From: Candidatus Anstonella stagnisolia
GTDB taxonomy: Archaea; Micrarchaeota; Micrarchaeia; Anstonellales; Anstonellaceae
Reading direction: 5' to 3'
DNA length: 64,000 bases
NCBI GenBank assembly: GCA_902384585.1
Contig: CABMCJ010000004.1
Coordinates: 322,086 to 386,085 of the forward strand
In this document: one piece after another, positions 28,070 through 38,175 of the stretch
Numbering within the stretch: the stretch's first letter is position 1
Layout: each line of letters starts with the position of its first letter
The notes under the pieces: model-generated
The model's database searches: none
What the model was told of the DNA's origin: nothing
The model's input: only the letters and a program-made list of their open reading frames with translations
Made by a program: the position numbers and the translations under genes

Positions 28070-30007
28070 TCAAATTTCTTTCTCTTTCTCTTTGGGGTTT
28101 TCCCCTTGAGTGGGATATGTGAAAGTCCGCTTTACGGAAAACGGGGCGAAGCGGAAGCCGTCGCCCTTGTAGAATTTCCCGAAAAACTCGACCACGTTAA
28201 GCCTTGCGCCATGTATGAGCGCCTCGAACATTGAGAGCGCGCACATTGCAAAATGCAAAAGCATGAAGAAACCGAGCGAAAATGCAAATATGAGTATTCC
28301 TCCAACGTTTGAGAAATCCGCATGCGGCAATGCAAGCTCGTTTATCACTTCCGCAAGTATGAGGCCCCCTACGCCAACTGCGGCAATTCGAAGGTAGGAC
28401 ATTATGTTGGATGCAATGCTTGGGACTTCGAACAGGAGGATGGGGCCCTCGAAAACCGCGATGCCGAGCATGCAAAGGAGCAGCAGTGCCGCGCCTGCAG
28501 GGCCTGCAAGGGCGCCAAATGCGCCGAACATGAAGCCTGCGACAGCGAAAATCCCGCCTATTTCCGCGCCAAGCCAGCAGAGCTTTGCATATGCGTGCTT
28601 TTTGTTGTGCCCAAGCTCCGTGAGGAAGCCGAGGAAAAAGCCAAGCCCGATGTGGATTGCGCCTATTATGATGGTTATCAGCAGGAGCAGCTGGATGTCG
28701 TGTATGCGGCTAAGAATGGGTGTGTAGAGCGGCCCCTGCGCAGTCCCGGTGAGCAACTCAAGGAGATGCTTGTGCGTGAAGCCCATGTACTCGTCAAATG
28801 CAATGCCGAATATGAGCGCGAAAAATGAGGAGAAAAGCCATATGCGCGAAACCTCGTAAAGGAGGTTGCCCTTTGAGGACATGCGCATCAGGAGAAGCGA
28901 GAAGATAATGGAGATTAGCGCATAGCCTGCATCCGCGACAATAAGGCCGTAGAGGATAGGGATTGTGAAGAACGTGATGAGCGTGGGGTCAAACTCGTGC
29001 GCGTTGGGCGTGGAAAGGAACTCGGTTAGGAACTGGAAGGGCGCTGCGATTTTCGGGTTGGAAAGGAGCGTCGGGGGCATCTCGTGGTCGTGCAGGGGCT
29101 GCACGAAAACTTTCTTTGAGAACTTATGCGAAATTTCCTCTTTGAGCGCGATGAATTTTTGTGCAGGGCACCAGCCCTCAAGGAAAAAGAGCTCGTTTGT
29201 GTTTGCGAAATCCATTGCCACCTTGCAGCGCTCTGCCTCTATTGAGAGCGCCTCTTCGAGGATTGTGCAAATTGGGTAGTATTTTGAGGAGAGCTCAAAG
29301 AGCCTGCCGTCCAGCGACGCAAGCTCGCCCTTAAGGGTGGAGAGCTCGAAAGAAAGGCGGTGATAAGCCTGCAGCGGCGTGCCCTCGAACTTGGGGATGT
29401 TGAGGATGCGCGCAAATGAAACATGCGATGGGAGGGACTCGTTTGTTGTTGCGACAAGCACAAGGGAGGGGGCTTGCTTTTTGCCCTCTTTTTGCTGCGC
29501 GATTGTGTAGGAATATTTTTGCGCGTGCGAGTGCAGCGAGCGGTAGAAGTGCGCTGACTCCTTTTCCTCCACCTCGAAGAAAAAGAAATGCAGGTTTGGG
29601 TCTGAGAGCCTTGAAACGTCTATTGGGACGGAAGTTATTTTGGAAAGCGAAAGGAGGTCGGACTCAAGGGAGGATATTTTTTTGCGAAGCTGCTCTTTTT
29701 TTGAGGAGATTTCAAGAAGCTCCGCGTCTATTGAGATTTCGGATGCGAGCTTGAGAGGGTTGTTTATTTCATAGGGGGGAATCTGGGAATCGTCCTGCGC
29801 CGGAAGGGAATTCTTTATGCTGCGCATGCGCACAAGCTGGGTGGAAACTTCATCGTAATTCGGAAGGGGGGAACCTTTTTGCAATTCTTCGGAAGACACG
29901 TGCTTTATGTGCAGCACGCCAGCTTCGTGCAGCAAGGAAATTAGAGAGGGGCATTCGTCCTTGAGCCCCATTATGCGCAGTTTCTGCATTTTCACTGGCT
30001 TGAACAT
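28070..30007 (-). CDS. atpI: A-type ATP synthase subunit I/a
   Basis: MFKPVKMQK start, PPTLLSNP, EFDPT, SYLRIAA and RLNVVEFFGKFY motifs. Confidence 0.95.
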   Translation of the reverse strand: MFKPVKMQKLRIMGLKDECPSLISLLHEAGVLHIKHVSSEELQKGSPLPNYDEVSTQLVRMRSIKNSLPAQDDSQIPPYEINNPLKLASEISIDAELLEISSKKEQLRKKISSLESDLLSLSKITSVPIDVSRLSDPNLHFFFFEVEEKESAHFYRSLHSHAQKYSYTIAQQKEGKKQAPSLVLVATTNESLPSHVSFARILNIPKFEGTPLQAYHRLSFELSTLKGELASLDGRLFELSSKYYPICTILEEALSIEAERCKVAMDFANTNELFFLEGWCPAQKFIALKEEISHKFSKKVFVQPLHDHEMPPTLLSNPKIAAPFQFLTEFLSTPNAHEFDPTLITFFTIPILYGLIVADAGYALISIIFSLLLMRMSSKGNLLYEVSRIWLFSSFFALIFGIAFDEYMGFTHKHLLELLTGTAQGPLYTPILSRIHDIQLLLLITIIIGAIHIGLGFFLGFLTELGHNKKHAYAKLCWLGAEIGGIFAVAGFMFGAFGALAGPAGAALLLLCMLGIAVFEGPILLFEVPSIASNIMSYLRIAAVGVGGLILAEVINELALPHADFSNVGGILIFAFSLGFFMLLHFAMCALSMFEALIHGARLNVVEFFGKFYKGDGFRFAPFSVKRTFTYPTQGENPKEKEKEI

Positions 30008-30032
30008 TTGGAACCTCGTAAGTATAAGGTAA

Positions 30033-30374
30033 TTAGAACACGCCCTCTGCAAGCGTTTGCGCAGAGTGCTTGTCTATTGAGCGCGAGCTTATTTTCTTGC
30101 CTTCAGCTTCTGCCTTTGCAAGCATTGAGGAAATCTGCTTGTCAACGTCCTTCCTGCCTTTTGAGATTGCGGCGTTCTTTGCATCAACTGCGGAGTCGGA
30201 CGCCTTGCTTTGGATATTCACTGCTTTTTCCTTTGCATCCTTGAGGATTTTTTCCGCGCCTGCTTTTGCGTCCTCTATTGCCTTCGCTGCCCTGCCTTCC
30301 GCTGCCTTGAGCGCAGTAATTTGTGAGATGAATTCGTGCGAGCTTTTTGCATCTTCATGCGTGTTTTCTTCCAT
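30033..30374 (-). CDS. atpH: A-type ATP synthase subunit H/G
   Basis: Ala/Lys/Glu helical protein, first gene of the operon. Confidence 0.8.
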   Translation of the reverse strand: MEENTHEDAKSSHEFISQITALKAAEGRAAKAIEDAKAGAEKILKDAKEKAVNIQSKASDSAVDAKNAAISKGRKDVDKQISSMLAKAEAEGKKISSRSIDKHSAQTLAEGVF

Positions 30375-30391
30375 CGGATAACCTCGCTTTT

Positions 30392-30429
30392 GCCAGTCTG
30401 CACTGGTTTTTTTACGCCAGTCTGCACTG
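30392..30429. promoter_or_regulatory. Tandem 14-bp boxes GCCAGTCTGCACTG in the ATP synthase leader
   Basis: Exact copies at 30392-30405 and 30416-30429; each is a CAGT-N4-ACTG dyad. Confidence 0.55.
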
Positions 30430-30500
30430 AGCCCTTAACCTCAAAAAGTAGTTGTAATTGGGCGAAAAAGAATTTAAATGTATGCGAATCTTCGGGAAGA

Positions 30501-31289
30501 TTAGCGCATGCGCCCCTCGTGCAAAACTTCGGAGGGAGTGTGCTTGGGCTTTTCGTGCGTGCGCGGAACGTGGAAGCCAATAAGGCTTGCGCCCTTCCTG
30601 AAGTCGGCGGGAATTTTTGATGATGGCGAGAATTCGTAAAGGATCTGGATTAATCGGTTGCACACCATGCCTATTGAACCAAGGGCGTAGAGAAGAATGT
30701 GCGTGTGGTGCTCTGTTTCAGGGGAATGCAAGGCGCTGGAAAAACTTTTGCTAAACTCGGCTTGCAAAAGGCCGATATTCCTGCGCATTGCATGAAGGAA
30801 ACCCAGGGAAGCGCGGATGTTTGTTGTGCGCAAGAGGGATTTCAATTCTTCATCTATATCGGGGCGCCCCAGATTTTTCTGGATAGCGAGCGTATCTGAT
30901 GGTGGCGCGCTGCCGTTTTTTATCGGGATTGAGAATGCTGCTTTTATTTTTTCTAAGTCGTGGAGATTGCGCATTCGCCTGCTTGCTGGCAGGCGGCGGT
31001 TTGTCTTGTTTATTATGTGCCTCGACATGTGGATGCACAGTATTGAATGCTGTTTGCGGGTGTTTGCCAGATGAGTGGCGCTATCCTGGCCGAAGAGCGC
31101 GCGCAAATTTGGATCCGGGCTTGTTTTGGTGGATGTGGGGATGGTTGTTATGCTGCAATCATATAGGTCTTCGAGCCTTTCCGGCCTGGCGGGAAATAGA
31201 TATTGGAGCCTTTGGGCAAAAGACATGCCTTTTGTGAGAACTGAGTGGGTAACTTCCGGGCAGGTTAATGTTTTGCGTCGCTGATGCAT
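30501..31289 (-). CDS. Hypothetical protein
   Basis: 262-aa ORF occupying the gap before herA. Confidence 0.55.
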   Translation of the reverse strand: MHQRRKTLTCPEVTHSVLTKGMSFAQRLQYLFPARPERLEDLYDCSITTIPTSTKTSPDPNLRALFGQDSATHLANTRKQHSILCIHMSRHIINKTNRRLPASRRMRNLHDLEKIKAAFSIPIKNGSAPPSDTLAIQKNLGRPDIDEELKSLLRTTNIRASLGFLHAMRRNIGLLQAEFSKSFSSALHSPETEHHTHILLYALGSIGMVCNRLIQILYEFSPSSKIPADFRKGASLIGFHVPRTHEKPKHTPSEVLHEGRMR

Positions 31290-31385
31290 TCTGAGATTGT
31301 GGTATTAGGGATATTTATAGTTTTGCATGTTTGAGTGCGATGCAGCAGGGGGAACATTTAATAGATTTGCAAACGAAGTGGGCGC

Positions 31386-32903
31386 ATGGGAAGCGCGCTT
31401 GAGGAAATGGGCACGGTCATTTCGACTTTTGAGGGGCCAACTACGGTAGTTTTCTCTTTTGTAGTCGGAAGCAAGAACGTGCGCAAGGGGCAGTTCGTGC
31501 AGGTGGAAGCCGAAGACGGGCTTGTGCTGGGTTCCGTGAGCGAAATCACTAGGGCGAACCGGTATTTTGAGAGCGCGGAGAGCGTTGCGGAATACGAGAG
31601 GAGTTCCCCAATGAGCACGAACTTTCCTACAACTGACTGGGAATACATTATTGCGAACGTGCGCGTGCACGGGATGTTCAAGGGGGGCTTAATGATAAGG
31701 AGCACTTTCCCTGTTGCGCCTGGGATAAAGGTGCACTCTGCGGACGAGGAGCTTTTGAAGAAATTCCTGCATTTTGAGGAGAATGGATTGTTCCTTGGAA
31801 CGCTTGCGAACCACAAGCTTGAGGCAAAGGTGAATTTGAACAAATTGCTGCAAAAGCACCTGGCAATACTTGCGATGTCGGGAAGCGGAAAGTCCTACCT
31901 TGCGAGCGTGCTTATTGAGGAGCTCATGGAACGAAAAGCTGAGAAGGGAAGGATGGGCATTGTGATAATTGACTCGCACGGGGAGTACGCGGGATTCCGC
32001 AGTTCGCAGTACGGGAAAAGCGTGAGCATAGTTGATGGGAAGAAAATACGCATACCGCTTAGGAAAATTGCGCCTGCGCTCCTTTTCACATGGATGCCGG
32101 ATGCGAGCAGCCAGCAAAAAAGGGAGCTTGAGAAAATAATGCTGGAGCTGAAAAAAGACGGGGAGCAGACGCACAATTCTTATGGGCTATCAGAACTTGT
32201 GGAAAAAATAAATGCAAGCGAGAACCTTGACAAGAAGAGCAAGCCCGCACTTCTTGGGTGGGTTGGGGAAATACGCTCACTTAAGCTCGTTGGGAAAGAG
32301 GAGTACCCGAAAATAGGGGAGCTTGTGAAGCCGGGGTGCGCGTCCGTTGTGGACCTGAGCGGGATTGACGGGGAGAAAAAGAAGCAGGTAATTGTTTCGT
32401 ACGTTGCAAAGAAGCTCTTTTCCATGCGCAAGAAAGAGAAAATTGCGCCCTTTGTGCTCATGCTGGAAGAGGCGCACAACTATGCGCCTGAGAAAATGAC
32501 AAGGAAGGTTGCGCTTGCAAAGGGAGCGATTGAGACGATTGCAAGGGAAGGGAGGAAATTCGGGGCGTCGCTTTGCCTTATATCGCAGCGCCCCGTGCAT
32601 CTTTCTGTGACTGCGCTTTCGCAGTGCAACACGAACATCATATTGAGGGTAACAAACCCCAACGACATAAAGAGGATTGGGGAGAGCTGCGAGGGAATTG
32701 ATGATGCAATGCTTTCCTCCATCACTACATTGAGGGTTGGGGAGGCGCTCCTTGTGGGGGAAGCGACGGGCTCGCCTGTATTTATAAAAGTAAGGCAGAA
32801 AAAATCTTCATGGATTCCAAAGGGGCAGGACTTGGAAGAGATTGCACGGAAATTTGAAGAAGCAATCGTGAAGAAAAAAACGGAAGTGGAAGCGTTCCTG
32901 TAA
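31386..32903 (+). CDS. herA: HerA-like DNA helicase/ATPase (HAS barrel plus FtsK/HerA domain)
   Basis: HLAILAMSGSGKS, IDSHGEY, LEEAHNY and IAREGRKFG..SQRP motifs. Confidence 0.92.
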   Translation: MGSALEEMGTVISTFEGPTTVVFSFVVGSKNVRKGQFVQVEAEDGLVLGSVSEITRANRYFESAESVAEYERSSPMSTNFPTTDWEYIIANVRVHGMFKGGLMIRSTFPVAPGIKVHSADEELLKKFLHFEENGLFLGTLANHKLEAKVNLNKLLQKHLAILAMSGSGKSYLASVLIEELMERKAEKGRMGIVIIDSHGEYAGFRSSQYGKSVSIVDGKKIRIPLRKIAPALLFTWMPDASSQQKRELEKIMLELKKDGEQTHNSYGLSELVEKINASENLDKKSKPALLGWVGEIRSLKLVGKEEYPKIGELVKPGCASVVDLSGIDGEKKKQVIVSYVAKKLFSMRKKEKIAPFVLMLEEAHNYAPEKMTRKVALAKGAIETIAREGRKFGASLCLISQRPVHLSVTALSQCNTNIILRVTNPNDIKRIGESCEGIDDAMLSSITTLRVGEALLVGEATGSPVFIKVRQKKSSWIPKGQDLEEIARKFEEAIVKKKTEVEAFL

Positions 32904-33033
32904 GAAAAAATTGCGTGGGAAGCAGGGAAACGAGACGGGAAGCGTTCCTGAAGAAAGTGCGGAAAGTTGAGGCGTTCCTGTGAAAAGCGCGGGAGCGGGA
33001 AGCAAGAAAACAAGTTTGGAGGCGTTCCTGTGA
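32888..33033 (+). repeat. Four copies of (G/T)GA(A/G)GCGTTCCTG at the herA-galT junction
   Basis: Copies at 32888, 32938, 32968 and 33018 (spacing 50/30/50). Confidence 0.85.
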
Positions 33034-33938
33034 GTGATGATAAAAGCGAAGCGCGCACGGACGAGTTCGGGAATTGCGCAGTTATCACGCCGCACCGCGG
33101 GAAACGCCCTGAGGACTTTGCAACTGAGAGGCGCATGAAAACAACGCTTCCTTCAAAATGCTATTTTTGCCCGGGAAACGAGAAACTTACGCCACCTGAG
33201 ATAGACAGGACAGAGAAGAATGGGAAATGGGAAGTGCGCTGCTTTCCAAACAAGTTTGCGGCATTTAGGAAGGATTGCCCGAAAGCGTACGGAAGGCACG
33301 AGATAATTGTGGAAACGCCCAACCATTACAAGACGATTTCGGAGCTTGATGGGGAAAATATTTTGCACTACTTGCAGATGGTTGGAAAAAGGGTGAAGAG
33401 CGCATATTCGGACAAGAGGATAAAATACGTGCAGGTGTTCAAGAACGAGGGGCACGAGGGCGGGGCGTCCTTGGAGCACACGCACACGCAGCTTGTGGGG
33501 ATGCCTTTTGTGCCTGAGGATTTTGAGGCAAAAAGGAAATACGCGAGCGGGGAAAAATGCGCGCTTTGCAAGGTGAAGAGGAATGTGTTTGCGCAGAATT
33601 CGGAATTTATTGCATTTGTGCCGCATGCTGCACGGTTCCACTTTGAATTCTGGATTGCGCCTAAGAAGCACTCCATGAAAAGGCTTGGGGAAGGGCAGAT
33701 GAAGGAGCTTGCGGACATATTGAAAGTTTCCCTTTCAAAGCTTGACAAGCTCGTGAATTATCCGCCGTACAACATACTTTTCTTTGCGGCCCCTCCAAAT
33801 GAAAAGGACTTCCACTTCCATTTGTGCATTACGCCGCGGCTTGCAAAATGGGCGGGATTTGAGCATGCAACAGGTTGGGTAATGAACTCCGTTGTGCCGG
33901 AAGAGGCTGCAAAAGCGCTTAAGAATACGAAAATTTAG
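33030..33938 (+). CDS. galT: Galactose-1-phosphate uridylyltransferase (GalT, HIT superfamily)
   Basis: RGKRP, CYFCPGNE, PNKF, HEIIVETP and GASLEHTHTQ motifs; GGAGG SD before GTG 33030. Confidence 0.9.
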   Translation: MSDDKSEARTDEFGNCAVITPHRGKRPEDFATERRMKTTLPSKCYFCPGNEKLTPPEIDRTEKNGKWEVRCFPNKFAAFRKDCPKAYGRHEIIVETPNHYKTISELDGENILHYLQMVGKRVKSAYSDKRIKYVQVFKNEGHEGGASLEHTHTQLVGMPFVPEDFEAKRKYASGEKCALCKVKRNVFAQNSEFIAFVPHAARFHFEFWIAPKKHSMKRLGEGQMKELADILKVSLSKLDKLVNYPPYNILFFAAPPNEKDFHFHLCITPRLAKWAGFEHATGWVMNSVVPEEAAKALKNTKI

Positions 33939-33975
33939 CATACTGGTTTTTTAAGGTGTAATGAGATAGTATATT

Positions 33976-34803
33976 ATGGGAACATTAGCAGCGCAACCAT
34001 GCGCGCCAAATTTTGCGGTTTTCAATGATGCCGCTTACCGCAAAATAATAGGCAGCCCTTCGGCAAGCAGGGAATATTTTGAAAGGTTCCACAAGCCGCT
34101 CCTTGAGGAGTTGCAGGGAGGGTGCTGCAAAAACGGCATGTGCACTGGAACTACGGGGAAAAAGGTTCTGCTTGATATCGCGTGCGGGCACGGGCATGAG
34201 CTGGAGTTTCTCAAAGATGGAAACAGGATAAAAATAATCGGGCTTGAACTGTCAAGGGATGTCCTGCTGGAATACACTAGAAAAAGTTTTCCTGATGCTT
34301 TTTTTGTTGCGGCGGACGTGCGGGCAAGCCCGCTTAAGCACGAATTTGCGGATGCTGCGATTGCGGCCAATGCGGTAATTTATGAGCAGTGGGAAATGTT
34401 GCAGGTGATTTTCAATTCGCTAAAAGAGGGAGCAAAGGCAGTTGTGAATTTTACGCTGCTGCGCGCAGAAGAGGAGCTTGGGAAAGGGTTGCTTGATACC
34501 GGCGCGGTAAGCACAGTTAAAGTGAATGCAAATGGCAGGGAATTTCGGCTTAGGGCGCTTGATTTTTCCCACGGGCATGCGGATGAGGGCAGGCTTGAGG
34601 GTTTTGTAAGGGCAAAAATTTTGGGGCCGAGCCTGAAAAGCGTGGGGACGCAGGTGCACTTTAGGAGCATAGAAGACGTGGAAGGGTTTGTGCAGCATGC
34701 AGGGTTTTTGATAGTGGGGCATGAAACTTTCCAGTATGCTAATGAGAGCGGAGTTAAGGAAACGGAAGTCTATACGCTGCAAAAGCCGCGCGCGCCGAGA
34801 TAG
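33976..34803 (+). CDS. Class I SAM-dependent methyltransferase
   Basis: LLDIACGHG, IGLELS and FVAAD motifs. Confidence 0.82.
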   Translation: MGTLAAQPCAPNFAVFNDAAYRKIIGSPSASREYFERFHKPLLEELQGGCCKNGMCTGTTGKKVLLDIACGHGHELEFLKDGNRIKIIGLELSRDVLLEYTRKSFPDAFFVAADVRASPLKHEFADAAIAANAVIYEQWEMLQVIFNSLKEGAKAVVNFTLLRAEEELGKGLLDTGAVSTVKVNANGREFRLRALDFSHGHADEGRLEGFVRAKILGPSLKSVGTQVHFRSIEDVEGFVQHAGFLIVGHETFQYANESGVKETEVYTLQKPRAPR

Positions 34804-34881
34804 CCTTGATTTTATCCGAAAGGGCAATAATTTTGTGACAAACCATTAAAAGAGCAAATCCCATATATAGGCGGGAGGCAT

Positions 34882-35850
34882 ATGAACATGAACCGAGCCT
34901 TAGTGCCAACTGCAAGAAATGCGAGAGCGCTAGAGCCAGCCCTGCTTTTTTTTAATGCGAGAAAGCCCCTTGCACTGAGGACGGATGTTGGGGCGCTTGC
35001 TTTCATGCAGCACAACAACCGCCTGCCTGATTCTTCAAAAAGGGTCCCGAGATTGGAGGCATGTGGCAGAGTGGAAAACGTTGTGTGGGAAAGGTATTCG
35101 CACGCGCTTTGCGAGAATGGAAAATGCGTTGTGCAGGCTGCTTATGATGAGAGGCACGTGAATGTCGGTACAGGCTTGCACAAAATGGAATTCGCGCACG
35201 GAAAAGTCGTGAGGACGCGCGCTGGAAATTATGCAGTGCGAAAGGTGCGCGATGTCGCTAGTGCAGTTGAGCTTCTTGGGATGCAAACTCCTATTGGGAT
35301 TGCAAAGGTTGCGGCAGTTGTGAAAACGCAAAAAGGGGAGGTTTATGCACTGTCGCACGTTGGAAAGCGAGGGCAGCTGGGGCAGGCCGAAATGTCTGAT
35401 GAAGCAGCGCGCTCGCTTGGGAAGACGTTTGCAAACGCGCACACAATGAAAATGCTTACTGGAGGGGCTACAGGCGAGAACGAGGTTTTCATAAATGAGG
35501 GAAGCGCTGTTGTAGCATCTGCATATGGAAAGGCTGAAAACTGGGAGGAATTGCCCAATGAGTTTTTCATAAGCGTTGCGTCGTTACTGAAGAAAGGGCT
35601 GATAAGCTGGGGGCAGGCACAAATCATTGTTGCCGAATATTTTGATGCGCATCCGACTCTGAGGCACCTTATTAATGAGGACAGGAGAGGCAGCAAGGAA
35701 GAGGTTTTTGCAATTCCGGTCAGCTGGGCGGACGGAAAGAGCGCAGGGCACATAATAAAGCCAAAAGACAGGAAAGTGAAAGTGCACACGCGCAAAGGAT
35801 ATCGGCAGCGCGCAATGGGAAGGGTGTGCGCGTATTTTAGGCTTCTCTAA
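34882..35850 (+). CDS. Hypothetical protein
   Basis: 322-aa ORF with GGAGG SD. Confidence 0.65.
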   Translation: MNMNRALVPTARNARALEPALLFFNARKPLALRTDVGALAFMQHNNRLPDSSKRVPRLEACGRVENVVWERYSHALCENGKCVVQAAYDERHVNVGTGLHKMEFAHGKVVRTRAGNYAVRKVRDVASAVELLGMQTPIGIAKVAAVVKTQKGEVYALSHVGKRGQLGQAEMSDEAARSLGKTFANAHTMKMLTGGATGENEVFINEGSAVVASAYGKAENWEELPNEFFISVASLLKKGLISWGQAQIIVAEYFDAHPTLRHLINEDRRGSKEEVFAIPVSWADGKSAGHIIKPKDRKVKVHTRKGYRQRAMGRVCAYFRLL

Positions 35851-38141
35851 ATTTTCTCTACTAATGTGTCTTCTTGTTTTGCATTGTCGCGAATCAGGCG
35901 GTAGAAGGTTCCCTGCTGCGAGTCTACTAAAGCCTGCTCGTGCGTAATCACGAAGATTTGCTCTACGATGGAGGGAAGCTTTTCAGAGAGGGCGGATGCG
36001 AGCATGGAAACTGCCTGCGCATCAAGGTTGTGCGTGGGCTCGTCCAGGATGAGCCAGCTTATGTGGGGCGTAAGCACTGTTGCAAAAGAGACGCGAAGCG
36101 AAAGGGAAAGGCATGCGCGCTCTCCGCCGGATGCAAGTGAATACACGCTCTTCCAGCCGTTGTTTTCCATTTCTATTGAGTAGTCCTTTGCGTCCGCGAC
36201 CAGGCGGACACAGGTGCAATCGGAATATGGGTAGAGGATGGGCCAGATGTGCGAGAGTGCAGCGTTTATCTCCTCTATGAGGAGCGTGCGCACCTGGGAT
36301 TGCACTTGCAGCATGCAATTCTTGTATGCGAGCATTTCCTGCTCGCATTTGCGGTAGTAAGTTGCATCCTGCTGCAATTGGAGCAGGAGGGCAAGCTCCT
36401 TTTTGCAGGAAGAGTGCATTTGGGAAAGTGAAAGGATTTGCTGCTGCAATGAGGAGAGCTTTGCCTTTGAAACCTCTATTTTGGACTTGTTGCTTTCAAC
36501 AAGCGTGCGCAGGAAATCAAATTCCTCCTCCTTGAAATTGAGCGAGGAGAGTTCGGCTTGCGCGGATTGGAGAAGCGCACGCGTCTTTTCAAGCTCGTCT
36601 TTTTTTGAGGCAAGCTCCCTGCATTGCTTTAGGAGCTGCACAAGCTGCTCGTGTTCCTTTTGGGAAAGGGAAATTGAGGCGCTTGTTGCATTGCGCTCGC
36701 GAATCTGGGAGCCAAGTTCCTTGTTTGCAGATTCAAGCTCTGCTGAGATAACTGATGCGTCGGGGAGGTTTTCCGAGAGCGCGCTTATGGACTGGGAGAG
36801 CGTTTGCGCCTCTTTTAGCTTTGCCTCAAGCTCGCGCATCTGGGCATCAAGGGATGAAATGTTTGCGGATGCGTCCTTGAGCTTTTGGGTGCCCTCCTGC
36901 AACTGCGCATTCTTTTCCTCGTGCAAATGCTTGGATTTTTCCTCCCCCAAGGGTGAGCCGCACACAGGGCAGTCTGCGCCTGCGATTTGCAAGGCGGAAA
37001 CCGCCTTTTCAACCTCCGCGATTGTTGCCATGAGGGCTGCGCGCTGCGCTTGCAGGCTGCGCTGGGATTCCTGCATGGAGGAGAGCTGCTGCTGCAGGGA
37101 TGCGAGGGGCGTGTCGCCAATGCATTGAAAGAGGCGCGCCTGCTGTGAGGTTATTTTTTGCGAGCGCACCTGCGCGTCCTTTAATTGCGAGGAGAGCGTG
37201 CCAACCTTTTGGGAAATGGAATCGCAGAGCTTTTGCAATCCCGCAAAGGAAAGCAACAGGGAATCTATGCTCTGTTTTGAGGAAGATATTTTTTCCTGAA
37301 CCTGCTGCTCTGTCGGGTATTTTTCTGCAGAGGAAATTTCCTGTTCAAGGTGTTCGCATATTATGCCAAGGCGGGTTTTTTGCAATGTGAGGGAGGCGTA
37401 TTTTTCCTTTAGGGGGGAAAGCCCTGCGAGTTTTTTTGTGTTGTCTTCGAGTATGGAATTTGCAGTGGAAAGGAAAGAGTTTTCCCCCTCAAGCTGCGCT
37501 TGAATGAGCCCGCTTTCCTTTTCAAGGCTTTCGCACTTTTTTTCAAGAGCCTGCAGGTCTGCGGTCTTGAGTGTTTCCTCTGCCTGCGAATATAAGTCAA
37601 GAAACCTGTTTGCTGCGAAAACCGCGCCAGAGCGGGCTGCCTCAAAATGGTCGAGCCCGAGCAGCTCGTCTATTTGGGCCTTTCTTTCCTTTGGGGAGAG
37701 CCACAAGAGGGAATCAATTTTATTTTGCTCGGAATACACTGCGCGCACAAAGCTGTCGAAATCTATTGAGAGGAGCTTGCAGGCAGCATCCGTTACTGCC
37801 TTGGGGCCTTTTTCAAAGAGTTTTTCGTTTTTTGAAATTGAAGCAGACGGGGAGGAGAGATGCGAAAATGAGCGGGAGATTTTGTAAGTGTCTGAATTCT
37901 TTTTGAAAGTTATTTCTACGGAGCAGGTTGCGCTCTTGTTGCGGAAGTTTATTGTGTCTGCGAGCGTTGTCTCTTTTCTTGCGAGCTTTGGGAAAGTCCC
38001 AAAGAGCGCAAAGCAGAGTGCATCCATAACGGAAGACTTGCCTGCGCCCATTTTCCCCACGAGGATGTTTGTGCCTTTTGAGAAGGTGAAACTGGAGCTT
38101 GAGTGCGAGCGCCAGTTGGTGAGAGTGAGAGAAAGAAGCAT
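35847..38141 (-). CDS. rad50: Rad50/SbcC ATPase
   Basis: NWRSH, GKMGAGKSS, zinc hook CPVCG, ASGGE and ILDEPTHNLD motifs. Confidence 0.92.
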   Translation of the reverse strand: MLLSLTLTNWRSHSSSSFTFSKGTNILVGKMGAGKSSVMDALCFALFGTFPKLARKETTLADTINFRNKSATCSVEITFKKNSDTYKISRSFSHLSSPSASISKNEKLFEKGPKAVTDAACKLLSIDFDSFVRAVYSEQNKIDSLLWLSPKERKAQIDELLGLDHFEAARSGAVFAANRFLDLYSQAEETLKTADLQALEKKCESLEKESGLIQAQLEGENSFLSTANSILEDNTKKLAGLSPLKEKYASLTLQKTRLGIICEHLEQEISSAEKYPTEQQVQEKISSSKQSIDSLLLSFAGLQKLCDSISQKVGTLSSQLKDAQVRSQKITSQQARLFQCIGDTPLASLQQQLSSMQESQRSLQAQRAALMATIAEVEKAVSALQIAGADCPVCGSPLGEEKSKHLHEEKNAQLQEGTQKLKDASANISSLDAQMRELEAKLKEAQTLSQSISALSENLPDASVISAELESANKELGSQIRERNATSASISLSQKEHEQLVQLLKQCRELASKKDELEKTRALLQSAQAELSSLNFKEEEFDFLRTLVESNKSKIEVSKAKLSSLQQQILSLSQMHSSCKKELALLLQLQQDATYYRKCEQEMLAYKNCMLQVQSQVRTLLIEEINAALSHIWPILYPYSDCTCVRLVADAKDYSIEMENNGWKSVYSLASGGERACLSLSLRVSFATVLTPHISWLILDEPTHNLDAQAVSMLASALSEKLPSIVEQIFVITHEQALVDSQQGTFYRLIRDNAKQEDTLVEKI

Positions 38142-38175
38142 GAGTCGCTATCTGCGGCAAATAATAAAAGGCGAA

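Noticed and set aside
32888..33033. Mini CRISPR array
   Set aside because: The repeat is only ~13 bp, spacing is irregular, spacers resemble each other, and the repeat equals the herA 3' end.
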